A stretch of 63,896 nt of DNA, filler included, from Rhabdomonas costata (taxonomy: Eukaryota): NCBI GenBank assembly GCA_019059605.1. It is 39 parts of 39 records of this genome, joined end to end, with 100 filler letters (N's around TTAATTAATTAA, not from the genome) between each part and the next. Parts side by side here need not be neighbours in the genome. Positions count along the whole stretch, not along the records: positions 59,080 to 60,618 come from JAHMHO010013469.1; positions 60,719 to 62,258 come from JAHMHO010013470.1; positions 62,359 to 63,896 come from JAHMHO010013471.1; 36 more parts are not named here. The stretch is one strand, 5' to 3'. The notes beneath the pieces are model-generated. The model was not told the origin of the DNA. It saw only the letters and a program-made list of their open reading frames with translations, and did no database searches. Of this stretch, positions 59,568-63,896 are shown in pieces. Numbering within the stretch: the stretch's first letter is position 1; each line of letters opens with the position of its first letter. Both the position numbers and the translations under genes were made by a program.

Positions 59568-62430
59568 GTTGGAGCTCAGCTCACCATTTCCCATCCCTCT
59601 CGGCATTGTACTGCGTTAGCCACCTTCGCTTATTTATTTGTTATTCGGTTGCTTCTGAGCGTTCAACAGTTTTTGGGTTAGAATGATAAACGCACGCGTG
59701 GTAAGCTTGTGAGCAGCAGACACAACACGTCCACGACAGACTGTGACCGTTCTGTCACTCGCGCTTTTCGGTCAATACGGTCACACCTTGCGACCACTTG
59801 TAACCGTGGTGGCCGTCAGGACCAGTGGTCACGCCTCGGTGACTTCACGATTCACACCGTCTATATACAAGCACACAGATTTGGTCGGAATGAAGATTTT
59901 AGGTGATACTTTTCGGAAGTGCTTGAATGGAGGACCCTGTACCCTTTGGTTATTTTTGTTGTGACCGTTGTGTCGGTCCATTTTGCTTGAAAATGAATTG
60001 TGTTCGTTCCGTGACCGTAGGTGACGGTTGAGCGGTCTCTTTTCTCCCTAAAAGGTCACAGAATACTACAAAATCAGTCTTAGAGCACCCTCTGCATCAC
60101 GCCAGCGGTTCGCTCCGCTCTTCTCCTAAACCTGATTCCTGGAAAGGCGTCACTTTTGCCCAGAACGGCACTTTAATACCGCAGCCTGGGCACACTTCTC
60201 TGGTGTTGTATCCGAGGTTTGGTGTTTGTCAGCGGGGGGTTGTCAAAAAACAACACAACCGTGTATCGGGGGATAGGGGGTGTTCACACTGGGAGGCGTT
60301 GCCTGCTGAAGAGGCTTCGTGGGTGCTTTCGGAAGAACCCCCACCCCTCGAAACACTGACAAGACATTGACTAGTTTTCTGAAGTGTGTGATGTTTTCGA
60401 GTTTCCACACACGCAAGCGCGCGCGAAATCAAAAAAACAAAGGGGGATTTCGTCAGCGAATTAAACCTGCACATGGCAGCAACAGTGAAGATGGGCAGGG
60501 GCAGTCAGTTTGTTTGATCATCTCTTCATTGCGCAAGCAAACACCACCCGAACAAAGAATAGAACTTTCTCTCAAGTCAAAAAGAAAGTTTGCATGCAGG
60601 GAATAGTTCCAAAACTTCNNNNNNNNNNNNNNNNNNNNNNNNNNNNNNNNNNNNNNNNNNNNTTAATTAATTAANNNNNNNNNNNNNNNNNNNNNNNNNN
60701 NNNNNNNNNNNNNNNNNNTTTTTGTGTTTTGCTTTTGACGTGTTTTGTGCGTGTTGTGCTGTGAATGAGGGAGACCTGACCCCCTCCCTCATTCACAGCA
60801 CAACACGCACAAAACACGTCAAAAGCAAAACAGAAACTACCAACGCAACCTTTGGCCTGCATGCCCCCGCTCCTCTCAGGTAACCCCTTGATTCAAAAAA
60901 AAGGTAGAAAAGGAGGGAAGGGGAGCCACCCTAAAAAGGGGGAGGAAGTATACGCATCTTTGTTTGTGCAAGCAGTTTGACAGCTCAACGCAAGTCCAAA
61001 CTTATTTTTGTTTTACTGATTTTGGTACACAGAAAACAAATATAAAAACACTTGTGCATGGGTGGCGGAATTCAAAAAGGGGATGCACACAGGTTAGCAT
61101 CCAGGATGGGGTGCCGGCCATCTTCGATGCAAATCTCCGGAGTTGAGCTCAGGACGGGCCGTACATATCCCGGAAGCCGGGCAACCTTTGCGCCCCCCCC
61201 CCCTTCATCAATTCCCCAGTGCCTACAAAAGGAAACCAGGTGGATTTTTGGAAATTTATGTTTTTGACCAGTGGGTTGCCGTCCTGCTTTTTGAAGTGAG
61301 ACGTAAAACCACTCAGATGGATGACCACATGGAAATCGCCCCTGGTGGATCGCCACCTTAATTCGAAGATGGGAGGGCCTCGTGGCGTGACGTGGGCAAT
61401 GACCCACCCCGAGGCCGGCCAATCTCTGGTGGGTCTGACGGTAAATGGGGGTTGAGTTGGCGGGTTACACGCCCGAAGGGATGGATAGGCCGCGTAGTTT
61501 TTGTGAGCCGAGCGATCAACTCGTACTTGTTTCTCTATCGGTCTCCACCCGCAAAGTGCACCTTCCAAGGATTTTAGTTGAAAGTCTGCAAGGGTTCTTC
61601 CCGGTTCTTCCCGAATATCCGGGGCGCCAACGTGCTGGTGAAAACCAGCAAATCACGAATTCAGGCGCTATCCTAGGAGATAGGAATAGGGATAATGAGC
61701 GCCTCAGCCTCAGGTTGGGAGGAGCTCCCGTGCTCTGGTACGGGTCGTACCCTGACCCGGTTGTCTGCGTCGGCCAGCCTCTGTGCGACGGTCTCGGTGG
61801 GACGTGATGTAGGTGGTCGAGGTGCCTCAAGACACTGATGACGTCGTGTCGAAAAACAGCTCTCTCTTTTCTCTGCCAACGGTTCTCATTCTTGGCAAAA
61901 GCTATGCCGTCCAAGGAAAACCATCATGCGGCCAAGCTAACGGAGGACGGGGTCGCTGGGTTGGGGTAACGGCAGAGTGCTGACGCAGCGACGACGTAGT
62001 GAATGTCGGAAGTTGGGCTCTAGGTGGACACACCAATCTGGTGGCCCAACGGAACGCCGAGAAAACACAGAGGGAACTGGTATCTGGGTGACTGGAATCA
62101 TTTTTCGGTTTGCTGTTCGCAAAATTTTATCGGTTTGGGGACCTTTCGTTGGTAAAGGGAAAGTGAAGGTCTAGAAACCACAACCACCGCAAATCAAAGC
62201 AATGAGAAAATAGCGTGTGCGAAGGAAACGCAGCCCCCCCCCCCAGAGCAGACCACACNNNNNNNNNNNNNNNNNNNNNNNNNNNNNNNNNNNNNNNNNN
62301 NNTTAATTAATTAANNNNNNNNNNNNNNNNNNNNNNNNNNNNNNNNNNNNNNNNNNNNTTTTTTTTTTGTGGTTTTTTGGTTTGTGCATGGGGGGGGGCG
62401 TGCATCAGAAGTTTCCCGTAAAGCGTGCAC

Positions 62431-63460
62431 GTGGGTGGCCCTTCACGAGCTTTGCTTGCTGCTTCTTGGTCTCCCCGTGGGCGCGATATGCTGCGCTTCC
62501 CCGGCAGTGGCGACCCGTGGCGGAGGCCTCTTCCGTGGCCTTCTTGTCGAGCTCCTGTTCCTCATATGCGGGGCCAATGTATCCCTGAACCCCACCCATC
62601 CGCCCAGTGCACTTTACATATACTCTGAAGGAGAGGGGTCTGTGGAAAGTTAGTTTCGGTCTACTACTACTTCGGTGCGGCTTGCATGGAGTGTGTGAGA
62701 TACCGGCAGACACGGTGCTGTGTCCACCAATGGGGAAATACCGATGAGAGAGATGCATTTGGGAATATTAGACTATGGTTACCGGTTGGTTATGGTTGGG
62801 TGTGTTCCTTCTTCGTTGCTCATTGTTATTTCGGGTGTTGCACAACGTTCTACATCCTTTTCCTTGTTCTGATGAACGTCGATGATACACCTACACCGGG
62901 GAAAGGGCACATGGCCCGTTTTGATTGCTTTTGTATGACTTTGGCTTATGGGTGCATGCCAGGTTGACGCCGCGGACCTCCTCTGCCGCGTCTTGCACAA
63001 GCTGCTGTCCAGGCATGTGTGCTTCGGCGAGGGAGGGAGGGCTTTTCCATGCCACATAGCTCAGATGTTTCAATTTCAGTTTCATGTCGAGAACTTTTGT
63101 TTTTGGTCGCGCAAAAAAAAAGATTAGTGTAATGCGTGCAAATTATTGAGCACGTATTTTCGTGTAGTATGTTGTCAGTGCATCAAAAGCATCACTTTCT
63201 CGCAGTACAAGGCCCCAAAACAATATGTCATCGCCAGTTTCAGCATTGCAGCTGTCACCGTCCCACTGGCAGCATTTAGTTTTCTTTTGGCGATCGTCCT
63301 TCGCCCACAGGTGCCTGCCTGAGCCCAGCGGGCCTATGGTGCGCAGCACGATGCCCTCTTCGCCGGAGCTCTGGGAAGTTCTGATGATGCTCTCCGAGGT
63401 TCTTTTTTTGGAGTCAGGGTCTTGCTGCAAGTGTTCTGCATTGGTTCCAGTCTTTGCATC
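62431..63460 (-). CDS. Hypothetical protein, 3 probable exons
   Basis: ~63460-63319, 63021-62960 and 62584-62431 are phase-consistent if two GC donors (GCAGGC, GCATGC) are used. No homology recognised. Confidence 0.35.
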
Positions 63461-63896
63461 TCCATTCACACCATGGCTGCAAGCGCCCCGCCGCCGCGCA
63501 CAAGGCTGCTGTTTGCTGGTCCACAAATACCCCTTCACAAGCGAAAAAGGCAATTGCCCACACCTATGAACAGGCGCACACCATGCGCGTGCACGCTTTC
63601 TTCGCGAAGCTTTTACATTTAGCTGGGGAAAAAGAAGAACTGGCGCATGTTAATGCAAGCAGGGGGGGCAATTAACCACCATGGCAACTCAACTTTTGTG
63701 TTCATTTTTCATTTTTTGCAGTAGTGTGCCTTTTCTTTGATAGAGATTGGCAGCTTGTTCTTTTCCCCTGCTTGCTGCGTTTTCACTTTTCTCCTTTAGT
63801 CAACCCAACGGCTCATAGAAGTCAAAGGAATAGCGCCTCTGTGGCATTGCCAACTTTCTCTCCTGCAGCATTTTCGCCGCCGCCACCCCCCCAACC

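Noticed and set aside
61100..62200. Possible DIRS/gag-like decayed ORFs
   Set aside because: No convincing catalytic motif, so it could not be assigned.
1541..62358. Regularly spaced identical palindromic repeat with unique ~1.54 kb inserts (CRISPR-, integron- or nanochromosome-like)
   Set aside because: The repeat is embedded in N runs and is a six-frame stop linker. The uniform insert size reflects length-sorted contigs. It is not biological.
1..63896. Gene cluster or operon-like system combining ART, NOV, peptidase and retroelements
   Set aside because: These genes lie on different, arbitrarily ordered contigs, so their proximity carries no information.

Overview
This window is not contiguous DNA. 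It is 39 unrelated contigs of about 1.54 kb joined by 38 identical artificial 100-nt spacers (N44-TTAATTAATTAA-N44), so nothing can be inferred from gene neighbourhood across spacers. The DNA is nuclear DNA of an intron-rich eukaryote, most likely a euglenozoan (euglenid-like): its Hsp110 resembles the kinetoplastid protein, yet genes are split by many GT-AG and several GC-AG introns. Most contigs start with G/T-only and end with C/A-only tails, and five have terminal fold-backs. Both are signatures of semi-degenerate-primer whole-genome amplification. Recognisable partial genes: eEF1A lysine methyltransferase (EEF1AKMT1), permuted NlpC/P60 (C92) peptidase, Hsp110, insulysin-like M16 peptidase, tandem Cache-like sensor protein, WSC-domain protein, GST theta, ketopantoate reductase (PanE), NO VEIN-like protein, SR-rich protein, OPR/HPR helical-repeat protein, R-S-E ADP-ribosyltransferase, PDZ protein, PIG-X, plant-type STP/HUP sugar transporter, a coiled-coil protein and a CAMK-like kinase. 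There are also decayed retroelements (two Penelope-like RT relics, Ty3/Gypsy gag-pro, APE and RTE LINE fragments) and a decayed USP domain. I found no complete novel multi-gene system, CRISPR array, rRNA or tRNA. The best leads are a stop-free in-frame GC-AG intron that would add a hydrophobic helix if retained, the frequency of GC donors, the Penelope-like relics and the plant-type transporter. All family calls come from motif recognition by eye, not database searches.
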